Shown: positions 13,521 through 25,383 of the stretch, piece by piece
Layout: each line of letters starts with the position of its first letter
How positions within the stretch are numbered: the first letter of the stretch is position 1
NCBI GenBank assembly: GCA_010356995.1
Contig: ML996698.1
Location: 245,923-309,922, forward strand
DNA: 64,000 bases
DNA from: Trichodelitschia bisporula
Lineage: Eukaryota
Reading direction: 5' to 3'
Notes under the pieces: generated by a model
Told to the model about the DNA's origin: nothing
Database searches by the model: none
Seen by the model: only the letters and a program-made list of their open reading frames with translations
Position numbers and translations under genes: made by a program

Positions 13521-14057
13521 AAATATCCCTATCCCTCCCCCCAGTCTGATCGCTGCCACCATCCACCAACGGCCATCGCCTATCAACCACACCTCGTCCA
13601 CAGCCCCCTCTCTCGCATGCTCATAACCGTCTCCGCTCGCGCGTTCCCGTTCAGCGCTTCCTCCAACTGTCCGTTTGCTCGCTCTCTTACTCTGTCTCCG
13701 TCGCTCAATCTCTCTCCTTTCAACGTCTGGACACCCGCTGGCTTTGACATCTGCACCTGTACCCTCATCCCTACCCCCGGTGCCTGACCAACGCTGAAAC
13801 TTGCACGCTACACAGCATCGGCTCAACGCTCGCAAGCGCAGTCGCACACATTGCCCCGGTAGTCCCAGAGGCGTATCCACCCGTCGCAGCGCGTCAGTCT
13901 GTCACTTTGCAGAAAAAAAAAGAATTCAAAAATTCCCATGATATCTGCCTGCGCGCGTCACTCTCCTGGACACCTTTGAAACCCGCGACACTCGCCGTCA
14001 AATCGAAGCAATCCGAACCCGGGACCCCGTCCATGCGACTACACATAACCAATCATC

Positions 14058-17000
14058 ATGGCTTCCCACAAATCCAGCGCTGACGCGTCTTTGCCGTCTC
14101 CGCCGCTGGCTGACTACTTCTTCATTACTGGCATCGAGTCGACGCAAATCTTCGACGAAAAGGCTGCTCCCGTTGGCGTCGCCGCCCCTCCGACGCTTGA
14201 CACTACAATTGAGGAGAATCGCGAGTTGGAGACTGCGCCCAATGGCCGGCCAACGTCCTATGAGACCTATGACAGCCTTGGTCTCGGCCTCGAGCCTCGT
14301 CGCGCGTCGGGGCTCAGTTTCGAGGCCCGCAAATCCATAAGCAGCATGCTAAGCTCCGAGTCGCATACCGCCAGCAATCGCAGTAGTGCTACCACAATCA
14401 AAGGGTTCCCAATGGCGGGATCGACGGGGCTGAGCGAGGCCGACTTTGACAAGGCATTGCGCAAGTTTGCTGCGGAACGCGACACCTTCATCGAGGAGAT
14501 CCAGTTCAGCGCCGGCGTCGTGCCGCAACCACCGAAGCCCAAGGCGCGCGCTAAGGCGCAGAAGATCGTGGCCGAGGACGTCGGTGGCATGCGCTCGGCG
14601 GTCGGCAGCGTACGCCGTCGTCTCTCCACCATGAACAGCCTCAAGCGCCAGCCAAACCCGCTCATGCGCACCTGTAAGTTGCCTGACGCTCCTGTCCTGC
14701 GTCGGGCAAACACTGAACCTCTACCTACTCTAGCCTCTGTGCGTACTTCCCGCCGCCTCAGCGGTTACAATTCCGTAATCCCTACTCCTCAACCCTTCCA
14801 CCACGATCCCAATATGCACCCGCTGCGCCGCCGCTATGAGCCGGTCCTTCTCGACCGCTACCCGGGCAAGGCTACGGCGGTGGACGAGCTTAAACGCCGC
14901 AACCCCTTTCCCGACTATGTGCCCATGTTCGCCTTTCCTAACGATGTGACGGTAGTATCCTCGGACGAGCGACCACGCGCCACGTGGCACGGCTTTGTCA
15001 TGACCGGCTCGGATGGCGCGAAGCTGCATGGCATCTGCCTCATTCTCTGGGTGCCCCTTAACCAAAAGGCGTCGGAAGAGTTGGAGCGTCAGTGCGAGGA
15101 CTGGCGCAAGGCGAACATGAGCGGGGAGGAGCGGGAATTGGCGAGCAGCCTGGGCGAGCGCCTGGCGACGGAGCGGGCGAAGCTGTCCCGCCTATTGGCC
15201 CGGTTGCCGACGATGTCACAGGGCTCCGACGAGCGGGAGTCCTTGGAAGAGGAGATTAGTGCGGTCGAGGAGAAGATTGGACTCATGACGGACCTGCTCC
15301 GCCCGGTGCGCCACGGCGCTGCGTCCAAGATCGAGGGCCTGACGGACGGCGAGACTGGCCTCTGGATTCCGCGCTCGTACGGCGTGCTCGGACGCAACGG
15401 TGGCATGACGAGCTTCTGGAAGGAATGGCTGCGCGCCGTCTGCGTGCCGATGATGAACGGAGCCGTGTTGCGCGTGCCTGCGAGCTCGCCCAGGGTCGGC
15501 ATGTGGCAGCCGCTGGAGCGCTACGTCGTCAATCTGTGCTCCGAGGCACCGAGTCCGATTTCATCTATCACACAGGTCGAGATTGCCATCCGGGAATTGC
15601 GCCTGTATGCGCGCAAGGAGGCCGTCAACGAACTGCCTAACAGCCGCAACATCGACCTCTATGCGCTCTTCCGTGCGTTGTCAATACAGAACATCGTTAC
15701 GCTGTTCGAGTACGTCATGTGCGAGACGCGCATCATCTTCCTTTCGTCCCACACCGCCATGTTGCATCTCGCCTGCAATGCGATTGTCAACCTCATCTAC
15801 CCGTTCAAGTGGTCTGGCATCTTCATCCCGGTTCTTCCGTCGCGGCTCATTGCTGCACTCGAGGCGCCCTGCCCATACATTGTCGGCATCGAACGCCGGT
15901 ACGAGCCGGAAGAGTACCCCGACGACGAGTACGTGCTGTTCGATCTGGACAGGGACACCATTCAAGGCACCGGTGTTCCCACAAAGCCGTTGCCACGGCA
16001 GCAAAAGCGCAAGCTGACACAACTGCTGCATCTGGCCGCGCCTCATCACGTGCGGTACGGCGTGCCCAAGGGCCCGCCCGCCTACGCAATGGAAGCCTAC
16101 CCAAACGACTCCTATTCCTCCGAGAACTCAGCCATCTACAACCACCGCGCCGCATCCTCAACGCTATCCACGCTCGTCAGCCTCAGCTCCTCACACTTTG
16201 ACGACGCAGGTAGCGTCCTGGCGAGCACGCGTCCGCTCATCTTCAATGCCTTCCTGCAGGCGCGCAACGACCGCAGTAGCCGTGGCTCGGACCAGCGGCC
16301 CAACACCAGCAGCACAGGCGGAACAACGCGGCTAGCCTCGCCGCCCTCGCCGCACGTCTCGCCCATCTCGGCGCACTTTCCCGTGCCCACGACACCCAAT
16401 TCGCGCAGCGACTCTGGTTTCTCGCTTCAGGCGACGCTGCGCGAGAAGCGCTCTGGCCACTTCGACTCGGTGTCGCGGCGCAGCTCGGCGCACGTATTCG
16501 ACCCGGTTGCGTCAAGGCGGCCCAGCCAACCGTTCCTCGGTCACTACCCCACGCAGTCGATCTCCACGCTCAGCAGTGTGGATCTGCGGAACGGGTCTAG
16601 CTACGCGCCGTCCGTGTATGCGCAGAGCACGCTGGCGGCGAGCACGATTATGCCCGGGCTCATGATAACCCCGGCGCGGAATACGGATACGGTGCAGCAT
16701 AAGGAGGGGCATCGGATGGTGTGGGCGGCGCATGATGATAAGGCTGTGTGCTCGGTGTGCGAGGATAAGTCGGATGAGGGGATTTTCAAGTGTGATAGTG
16801 AGTACAGTTTTTGCTCTGAGGGGGCGGGGTTAACGAGTGCAGATTGCAGCGTGTGCGCGCATAGCCGCTGCATGCAGAACGTGAACCTGGTGTGTCCATC
16901 GGCGTTCCGGCCGGAGCAGGTGCGCGCCGCGTTCGTGCGCTGCTTCTCGAGTCTGCTGTACACGTACCGGCGCTCGATGCAGATGTCCAACTCGGAGCAG

Positions 17001-17683
17001 AAGAAGAATGGCCTGATGTTCAAGTTTAACTACGAGGGATTCTTGAAGAGCATGCCGCATGAGAACGCGGAGTACATGCAGATGCTGCGGGAGACGCAGG
17101 GTTCGTTTTGCCCTCCCCCCCCCCCCTACGATCCGAGAATTTGCTAACCCGCCCGGCAAAGGATTCAACGAGTTTATCCACGAAAGGGAAACGAAACCCC
17201 CGTCCGACCCGGAGGTTAAGCTGTTTGACCAAATCATCCTTTCGAAGAAGAATCGCGGCCGCATGACTTTATTCCATAAAGCGAGTCAGTCTGCCCCGCC
17301 AGCTCCCCTCCCCCCAGCGCGCGGAAAATACTTACGTAGAGAAGCGGCGACAGATTTTTTGGCGGATGCGAGTGATCATACGTGGCGCACGGCGGCGGCT
17401 AGTCCGCCGAGTTCGCGGTTTCCGGGGGATTATCGACAGGTTATAAGTCGAGGTATGTTGCCCTTTCTCTAGTGCTGGGGAAATGGTAGGCTGATGCATG
17501 ATAGTACCGGCTAAGCTCGACACACTGCTTATGCGCGAGCCGCGCGTGCCGCAGAATGTCCCCCGTGCGGGGCCGGGGTTTGCGAGGAGGAGGGCGGTGC
17601 CGAGTGTTGCGGTGCCGGGGGGTGGGGCGTATGGCAGACCGCCTGGGGTGGGGGGGATTGAGGGGGGGTTGCATAGTGTTTAG
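14058..17683 (+). CDS. DENN-domain protein (putative Rab GEF) with a C1-like zinc finger, several introns
   Basis: LADYFFITGIE, YEPVLLDRYP, PDYVPMFAFPND, LFRALSIQNIV, IYPFKWSGIFIPVLP, LEAPCPYIVGI; C1-like H...CSVC...C...C...H..C; dDENN region FVRCFSSLLYTYR, TQGFNEFI. Confidence 0.9.
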
Positions 17684-17725
17684 GTGAGGGGAGGTGAGGG
17701 GAGGTGAGGGGAGGTGAGGGGGGGA
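17682..17725. repeat. 10-bp tandem repeat (gaggtgaggg) x4 immediately after the DENN stop codon
   Basis: Seen directly. Confidence 0.9.
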
Positions 17726-18820
17726 AGGGGATGGGGTGGAAAAAGGAGGGGGGGTGCTTACGACGTCACGGCTGGATACCCCGTTTGCGATGTGCTTTTT
17801 CATGGGTTGCGGCGTGCTGGGTTTCGCGGGCGCGGGCTAAGGGTTCGGCGTGCGGGGGACTGATACTCATTTTGCGGCTTTTTCTTCCGAGGGTAATTGG
17901 TCGTTGATTTTGATGCGAGCATTTGTGGATCGGACTGGGTCTGGGGATAGCGCCAGAGAAGGGCATGGTGTTCGGCGTTCGAGCATGGAGTGAGGGTGGT
18001 TCGGTGGGGAAAAGGGTGTATGGCGGAGAGGGGATGGATTGTATCATAGTTGTAATTCTCTGGGCCTGGGGATGGAGTCCTCGGCTTTGACCTCCGCATA
18101 TGTCCACCATGGTTCATTTCTGGATGGTTGATGGACGCAAGACAGTTGAATGCTTGTGGTGGAGGTGTTGAACGGGTTGAAAGTTGCTGAGGCTGAAAGC
18201 ATTTGGGTAAGCATGTTGGGCCAATGCTTTGTCCGGTGTCATGCTGCAGATTCAACAAATGGCGCCCATAGCTGTGAGCGGAAAGGGAGTTCTCTTCGAT
18301 TCAATTAATCAATGGTTTCCTCACATTTATTGGTACCAAGCGCTTGTAGTGTGAAGAGAGCTTGAAGTTTATCGTGAGATACCGACACCTGCAGAACATG
18401 AGTGGACAGGGCGATATCACATGACCTTAATAAACACCATACACGAGGTGCGTTAAGGAGCAGGGCCTTGCTGACGCTGATGACGGCGAGGAGGCGAGGC
18501 GAGGCGAGACGAGACGTCAAAGTTGGCAGCGTCGTCTCATCTTCCTCTTTCACCTACATCTACCATCTTCACCTACGGAATTCACTGTCTTCTCTGTACT
18601 TGCACTTCACGGCGTCATCCTCTCTGCCATTCCCCCGTTTACGGATTGATGCTCCCCCTCATCAAGATCCCGCTAGATCTCGTCTCCACTCTTCCCCCAG
18701 CCCCCACGACAGCGCCAAGCGCCTAGCGCGTGTCAACGCATCAGCATCAGCCTCAGAGCTCTCAACCTCCTCCTTCAGCTCCCCCAGCTCCAGCTCACCT
18801 CCCATCCATCCTCCCTCATC

Positions 18821-21565
18821 ATGCCAGACTACGCAACAATCGACACTCCCACCCGCTCCTCCTCCCGTCCCGCCTCCCACCGCTCCACCACCTCCGCCCG
18901 CTCCCTCCGCTCCAGCCGCACCTCCGAAGCAACACCCCTCCTCGCTCCCTCATCCGACGATGTAGACGAAACAACGCCGCTACGTTCACCATCAGCCTCC
19001 TCTCTGCTCCAAGACATAATCGGCGATGCCCGCAAACCAGAAGCTAAGCGCCCGCGCTGGCCGTCTTTCGTTGCCCTCGGCGCGCTGTGCGTGCTGGTTG
19101 CGCTGATTATGGTGGCCGGGTTCGTGGTCCCGCAGGCGGCGGAGGAGTATGCGAAGCAGGCGCGCGTGTTCGAGATTACGAGCGTGAGTTTGCCGGAGTT
19201 TACGGCCACGGGGGCGAGAGCGCGTGTGCAGGGCGTGTTTTGGTTGGACGCGGACAGGGTGGGGAGGCAGAGTGTGAGGGATTTGGGGAGATTTGGGACG
19301 TGGATTGCTAGGAAGGTGGAGCTGCGTGAGACGAGGGTGAGGGCCTATTTGCCTGAGTATGGCGATGTGGTGATTGGGACGGCGAAGGTGCCGGGGGTTA
19401 AGGTGGATGTGCGGAATGGAAGGAAGACGGTTGTTGATGTGCTTGCTGATCTGGAGCCGGGGGATGTGGATGGCATACGGCAGGTTGCGGATGCGTGGCT
19501 TGCGGGCCGGTTGGGCGAGTTGACGGTGCGTGGTGTGGTGGATGTTACGCTCAAGTCGGGCATTTTCTCGCTTGGCCGGCAGACTGTCGAGCAGAGTATG
19601 GTTTTTGCGGGTAAGTGATGAGCCCGCCGGTTTGGGGCTGCGGTTTCAAACACTGACAGACCTACCGCAGGGGATGACGTTCCTGCGCTCCCTGCTTTCA
19701 ACATAAGCAAGCTCAACATCCACGAGGTGGATCTGCCAGATGCCACGCAGGGCATGGCCGCCGACGTGACTATCAAAGTGCAAAATGGCTACCCGCTCGA
19801 CATCGTCGTCCCGCCGCTCGGCTTCGCCATTCTCGTCGACAATTGCTCCCCCGCCGAACCCTTCATCATGCTCGCCGACGCGACGACCAACTGGCTCGCC
19901 ATCCACCCCAGAGAGGACGTCGTGCTGAATGTCACGGGCGTGGTGCGCAGGCTCCCCGATGCCTTCACAGCCGCGTGTCCGGACTCCGAATTCTCGCCCC
20001 TGGACACCCTGCTCGGCAGCTACATGCACGGCGAGGACACGACGATCCACGTGCGCGGGTCCGACGCCCCGTCCCTCGACACGCCGCGCTGGATCTCAGA
20101 CCTGATCTCTGGCATCACGGTGCCTGTGCCCATCCCCGGCCACTCTTTCGGTAATCTGGTGCGCAACTTTACGCTTGCGGACGTGCACTTCAGCCTGCCA
20201 GACCCAATGGCCGATCCCGACACCCCGGAATCCAATCCCCAGATCTCAGCAACGATCAAAGCCGTCATCGCCCTGCCGGAGGAAATGAATCTCTCCCTCG
20301 ATGTGAACAAGATCCGTGCGACCGCCGACATTTTCTACAAGAAGCGCAAGCTCGGCGTCCTGGATCTGCATAAATGGCAGCCTGCCACCTCTCACCCCCT
20401 GGGCGACGCCGCTGGCCCCGCGCTGCTCATCGAATCGGCCATCGCGTCTGCGCCGCTGAGTATTACGGATGACGATGTTTTCGCCGACGTGGTCCAGGCC
20501 CTGCTCTTCGGGTCCAAGCCGCTGATGCTGAGCGTCACAGCGGCCGTGGACGTCCATCTCGACACCGCACTCGGCCCGCTCACCATCCGCCGCGTCCCGG
20601 CTCAGGGGACTGTGCCCGTCAAGCGTGGGTTCTAGCCGGCGCGCCTGCTATAAAAACGACCGCTAACCCGGGGCACAGCGATTAGGGGTCCCGGGACGGG
20701 GGGCTTCGTGCCGCAGGTGGGCAATTTATCCATTATCGAGACTACGGAGGATAGTCTTACCATTGCGGCGGTGGTGAATGTTACGAATCCGACGATGTAT
20801 AAGGCGAGCGTGCCGTATGCGGACGTGCTTATTCTGGTTAATGGGACGAGGGTTGGGCATGCGATGGTGCGGGATATGGTTGTGGTTCCCGGGGTTAATG
20901 CTGGCCTCAAAGTGATGGCGGTGTGGAATCCGGCTGCTGGGGGGAGGAATGCGTCTGCTGTCGGCCGCGCGTTGTTGTCGCAGTACATCTCTGGTGCGTA
21001 CCCCTCCCCCTCTCTTTTCGTATCTAACCCGACAGGACGCAACGTCTCCCTCACCCTGCGCACCCACGCCGGCACCCTCCCCTCCCAACCGCGTCTCGGG
21101 CGCGCCCTGTCCTTCCTAAACCTCACGCTCCCGGCCCCGCGCCTCGGCGGCCCCCCACCCCCCTCCGACCCCAACGACGGCGACGACGAAGACGACGGCA
21201 AACCGCACTTCATCCGCGCCGCCACAATGCACCTCCTCAGCAGCACCGCGGACTTCACCCTCCTTTCCCCGCTGCAGCACACAACCCTATTCATAACTCG
21301 GATCAACGCGACTAGTTTCTACAAAGGCGCGCCCGTCGGGAAGATTCTGCATGATTTACCCTTCGCTGTGCCGCCGGGGGAGAGTCTGAGTCCGAGACTG
21401 GGGGTGGAGTGGGATTTGGGGAGTGTGGGGTATGAGGCTGTGAAGCGGGCGTTGGGGGGGACGTTGAGGTTGAGTGCGCGGGCGGAAGTCGGGGTGAGGG
21501 TGGGGAGGTGGGAGGAGAGGGTGGATTTTGTAGGGAAGGGGATTGGGGCGCATGTTCGGCTTTGA
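18821..21565 (+). CDS. Tag1-like single-pass membrane protein with LEA_2/DUF3712-type beta domains (3 introns)
   Basis: N-terminal ETTPL-type motif, one TM helix (FVALGALCVLVALIMVAGFVVP), EEYAKQA, RDLGRFGTWIAR, HFIRAATMHLLSSTADFTLLSPL, SPRLGVEWDLGSVGYEAVKRALGG. Confidence 0.7.
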
Positions 21566-21698
21566 TTTTGCTTTTCAGGGGGGAGGGGGGCGTTTTGGGT
21601 AGAGTCGGTGTTGGGGTTTGGGGTTTATCGCTGATGGCGGGCACGTACATAGCAAGCCGCAGATACGTGAGGTATTACTCTTCTATTCCGCTTTAACG

Positions 21699-23336
21699 CT
21701 ATGCTTTCCGCCCCCCCGTCCTAGCGATCTGCATCGCGATAAGACCCTCCATCTCCCCCACCCACCTCTCCTTAAACACCTCCTCCGAGAACCGGCGCGC
21801 ACTCTGCCTCGCCCTGCGCCTCATCGCCGCCATATCTCCATCCGACATCGAGAACGCCTTCTTGAACCCCTCCGCATACTCCTCGGCGCTACTCGCATGG
21901 AACCCCGTCTCATTAACCACAATGTCTTCCTTCGGTCCCCCACTCGCATTTACAACGCTAACGAGACCGGCGGCCTGGTACTCCACGACCCCGATCCCAA
22001 AATGCTCGTTCCACATCCCGTTCACGCCGACACTCGCCCGGCCCAACGCAGCTAGCACCGCTGGCCACGGGGCATCGGTTGTGAAACTTATGTGGGGGCG
22101 GAGGGAGAGCTCGTGCGCGATGAGCCAGAGGCGGTACGCGCGCCGCTCGTCTGCGGGCCCGCGGACCGAGCCTATGAGTTGCAGATGGGGTACTTGCATC
22201 CCGTCCGCCGCTGTGCCTGGCTCGCTTCCCTCGTCGTTCTTCTCCTCGTATCCGTGGGCCACCTTCCAGCGCGACAAGAAGAGCGCAAACGCCCGCAACA
22301 CCAGCTCATGATTCTTCTCCGGCCTGAATTGCGCTATGTACAGCACTATCGGCTCGCGGGGCGTGTCTAGCGGGATGGCAGCTTCGAGTTCGGATACCGC
22401 GACGGGAGGGTACAGGATTGTAATCGGGGGTTTGTGGGTCCGGTGCGGGGACCAGAGCGAGCGCATGTGCGCTGCTGTCCAGGAACTGTTCGCCCAGACG
22501 ACGTCGATGCCGGACCCGGCGTGCGAATAGAGCGTGGCGAAGAGGCGCCAGTAGAGCTGCTTCGCCGTGCCGCGGAGCCCGGTACCCGCGCCGGTGTGCG
22601 TGCCGATGGGAGCGGTGGTGGGGGCCGAGAGGGAGGAGAGCATGTCTGTGGATATTGTGGGGTAGTGCACGTACGCGGCTGTCGGCACGGAGGGGAAGAG
22701 CAGGGAGGAGAGGCGCAGCGCGAAGGCGTACCCCATTGTGTCGATGAAAATGTCAGGCACCAGCAGGATCAGCGCATCGAGCGCGAGGATCAGCGACCCG
22801 AGGCTCTGCCCCAGGAGGGTGAAGTGGGGGTAGCTGGAGGGGAGGACGTAGCTCCGTGTGCTGAGGTAAAGGAAATGCAAAGTGGAGGGGTTGAGGGTGA
22901 TGTTGAACCGGTCGCGCACGCGCGATATGAGGGCCTCTTTGCTCAATTCGTGGTCCCCCGTGTAAACCACACAGACGGCGCGCGGGTACCGGTCTTGTGT
23001 GGCGCGCACTGCGGCCCAGAGAACGCGTTCGCCGCCGCCGCCTGCTGCGCAGAAGGGGTGGAGGAAGGCGATTATGCCCGTCCAAGTTGAATGACTTCCT
23101 GGTTGCGAGGTCTCGGTGGTGGAGGGTTGCGAGTTCTCGGAGGTGGAGGAGGGTTGTGGACTATCGGCCCTCGGGGACGTGGTGAGCGCAGGAAGGCTGG
23201 ACAGCAGCAGCGCGCGGCGCTCGCGGCTGCGCCTTCGGATGAACCATCCTACAGCCCGGGCGAGGTATCGCAGGAGGGTGGGAGCGGCGAGGAGCGCGGC
23301 GAGGAGGGTGAGGGTTAGGGGGAGGGCCGGGGCCAT
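21699..23336 (-). CDS. ALG11: GDP-Man:Man3GlcNAc2-PP-Dol alpha-1,2-mannosyltransferase
   Basis: FLHPFCAAGGGGERVLW, PDIFIDTMGYAF, YVHYPTISTDM, IAQFRPEKNH, MWNEHFGIGVVEYQAAG. Start taken at the ATG of MAPALP. Confidence 0.95.
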   Translation of the reverse strand: MAPALPLTLTLLAALLAAPTLLRYLARAVGWFIRRRSRERRALLLSSLPALTTSPRADSPQPSSTSENSQPSTTETSQPGSHSTWTGIIAFLHPFCAAGGGGERVLWAAVRATQDRYPRAVCVVYTGDHELSKEALISRVRDRFNITLNPSTLHFLYLSTRSYVLPSSYPHFTLLGQSLGSLILALDALILLVPDIFIDTMGYAFALRLSSLLFPSVPTAAYVHYPTISTDMLSSLSAPTTAPIGTHTGAGTGLRGTAKQLYWRLFATLYSHAGSGIDVVWANSSWTAAHMRSLWSPHRTHKPPITILYPPVAVSELEAAIPLDTPREPIVLYIAQFRPEKNHELVLRAFALFLSRWKVAHGYEEKNDEGSEPGTAADGMQVPHLQLIGSVRGPADERRAYRLWLIAHELSLRPHISFTTDAPWPAVLAALGRASVGVNGMWNEHFGIGVVEYQAAGLVSVVNASGGPKEDIVVNETGFHASSAEEYAEGFKKAFSMSDGDMAAMRRRARQSARRFSEEVFKERWVGEMEGLIAMQIARTGGRKA

Positions 23337-23717
23337 GACTGTGGCTAGCGGTGTGACATTGGTGGGCGGGATGTGTGTATTAATGGATGTGGTGGTGATA
23401 GGTATCGGCGGCTGGTGAGAGGAGGAGTGGAGGTTGAGGTTGAATAGCGGTGGTGAAGTTGGCGATGGTTGCGCGTAGAGGTCACGGTACGCCACAAGTG
23501 TGTCTGGTGCACGTCCGGACAGGGATGGGGGGTTTGCCCGGTCCAGGATTTTTGGCGACACTTCAAGCTTTGATGCAAGAAACACCAAAATCTTGACTAT
23601 CGCGAACATCCGTCATACCGCCGCCACGACGTGCGCGCAGCCGCTCCTTTGTAAGGCCTCCGTCCTAGTCCAGCTCTATGCTCTGCATGTCCAATTGCTA
23701 ACAATAACCCAAGCACT

Positions 23718-24947
23718 ATGTCTCCGCCCCTCCGGCTCCTCCTCCGCCCTCTCCTCCGCCCTCTTCCCCGCCTCACATCAACCCCTCTCACCTCCCGAAT
23801 ATCCCGCCCATCCCGCCCCTACAGCGCCTCCACCGCCCTAACCCCCCTCCTAACCCTCACCCACGAACTCCTCACCCTCCTCCACTCAACCGGCCTCCCC
23901 TGGTCCTACACCCTCCCCCTCGCCGCCCTCCTCCTCCGCATCCTCACAACCCTCTCCCTCTCCCTCCCAGCCCGGCTCTACCTGCAGCGGCGCATCTCCC
24001 TCAACCCCCTCCTAACAGCCTTCACCCCCCACGCTGGAACCCACACCCACGTGCGCCACTACTGGCTCCAGCGCATCGGCCGCTCCCTCCGCAACCAATA
24101 CTACACCGCCACCACCGAGCGCCGCCTCTTCACCAAAATCCGTGCCCGGCGCTGGGGCGCCACGACCCTGCCCCCCGCCCTGCTCGGGCTCGCACAGATA
24201 CCTATCTTCCTGCTGGTGATGGAGACGCTGAGGGCCATGCTCGGGAGCCAGAACGGCCTGCTGGCGGGGGTTGTGAACTGGCTAGGCAAGGCGTTTGGCG
24301 ACGCGGCGTGGGTGCAGGGGTTGACGATCGAGCATATAACAAGGAGCATTGTTGCCGCGCCCGGCCGCTTCGTCGGCTGGATATGGGGCACGAAGGCCCC
24401 CGCTGCGGCGCCGGACGCGAGCATATCCGCCACCGACCTGGCCGCGCCCACAGCTAGCATATCCCCCGACGCCATCCCCGCCCCCCTCGAAGCCCCCCTC
24501 GAAGTCCCGACCACAGACGCACTCTTCGCCGCCGCGGCCACCCCGCCCACGCCCACCGCCTTCAGCCCCACGTGGTTCGACACGACTCTCATGACCGAAG
24601 GCCCGCCCTGGGCACTCGATCTCACGCTCCCGGACCCAAGCTTCATAACCCCCGCCCTGCTCTCAATCACCATGGTCCTCGCCGCCCTGAACAGCTCGCG
24701 CGCAGGCGGGCCCCTGACGGCCGCCATCGCGCGTCGGCAACGCATAACGCGGAACGCGCTCGTGCTGGTCGGGGCGCTGATGGGGCCCGTGATGGCGAAT
24801 GTCCCCGCCGGGCTGGTGTATTATTGGGTGTGGAGTATGGGGTTTGGAGTGCTGGGCCAACGCCTGTTGGATGGGTGGGTGAGCGTTGGGACACCGGTTG
24901 TGCCCTTGAAGAGGCCGGTTCGGAAGAAAGTTACTGTTCTGCATTAG
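23718..24947 (+). CDS. COX18: Mitochondrial inner-membrane insertase Cox18/Oxa2 (YidC family)
   Basis: Arg/Leu/Ser-rich presequence, LHSTGLPWSYTLPLAALLLR, LAQIPIFLLVMETLR, TEGPPWALDLTLPDP, PAGLVYYWVWS. Confidence 0.8.
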   Translation: MSPPLRLLLRPLLRPLPRLTSTPLTSRISRPSRPYSASTALTPLLTLTHELLTLLHSTGLPWSYTLPLAALLLRILTTLSLSLPARLYLQRRISLNPLLTAFTPHAGTHTHVRHYWLQRIGRSLRNQYYTATTERRLFTKIRARRWGATTLPPALLGLAQIPIFLLVMETLRAMLGSQNGLLAGVVNWLGKAFGDAAWVQGLTIEHITRSIVAAPGRFVGWIWGTKAPAAAPDASISATDLAAPTASISPDAIPAPLEAPLEVPTTDALFAAAATPPTPTAFSPTWFDTTLMTEGPPWALDLTLPDPSFITPALLSITMVLAALNSSRAGGPLTAAIARRQRITRNALVLVGALMGPVMANVPAGLVYYWVWSMGFGVLGQRLLDGWVSVGTPVVPLKRPVRKKVTVLH

Positions 24948-25383
24948 TTGGCGGAGACAGCCATGTGAGGAAGTGGGTTAGGGGGATGCTGATGGGGACG
25001 ACGGCAAGGGCATATACTCCGCTCCTTCTGACATGAAATAAAGTGTAGAGTACGCTAGGGGGATCCCGACGTCTGAAGCCACGGCGGGCAACGTCGGGCC
25101 GGACAACGTCGGGCCGGACATGCATGTGGCGGACGGCATACACTCCCGCCGTGAAGTGGTTGTAGCCGATCTAGTCATTGCGGCAGCATACACGCCACGT
25201 TTCTACATACGCCATCTCCCGTCCCACCGCTGGTATCCCGAAACCGACGTTAGCACCATTAGCATTATCGTTAACCCCCCCGCCTTCCCCAACTCCCGCT
25301 CTCAACGCCGAACACAAGAATCCCTCGGTATCAGACCCCCACCTAACCCACATCGCCCGGCCACCCACCCCTCCCCCCACACC

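Noticed and set aside
10225..14057. Possible telomerase RNA locus in the gene-free interval
   Set aside because: No TAACCCTAA-type template was found on either strand by eye.
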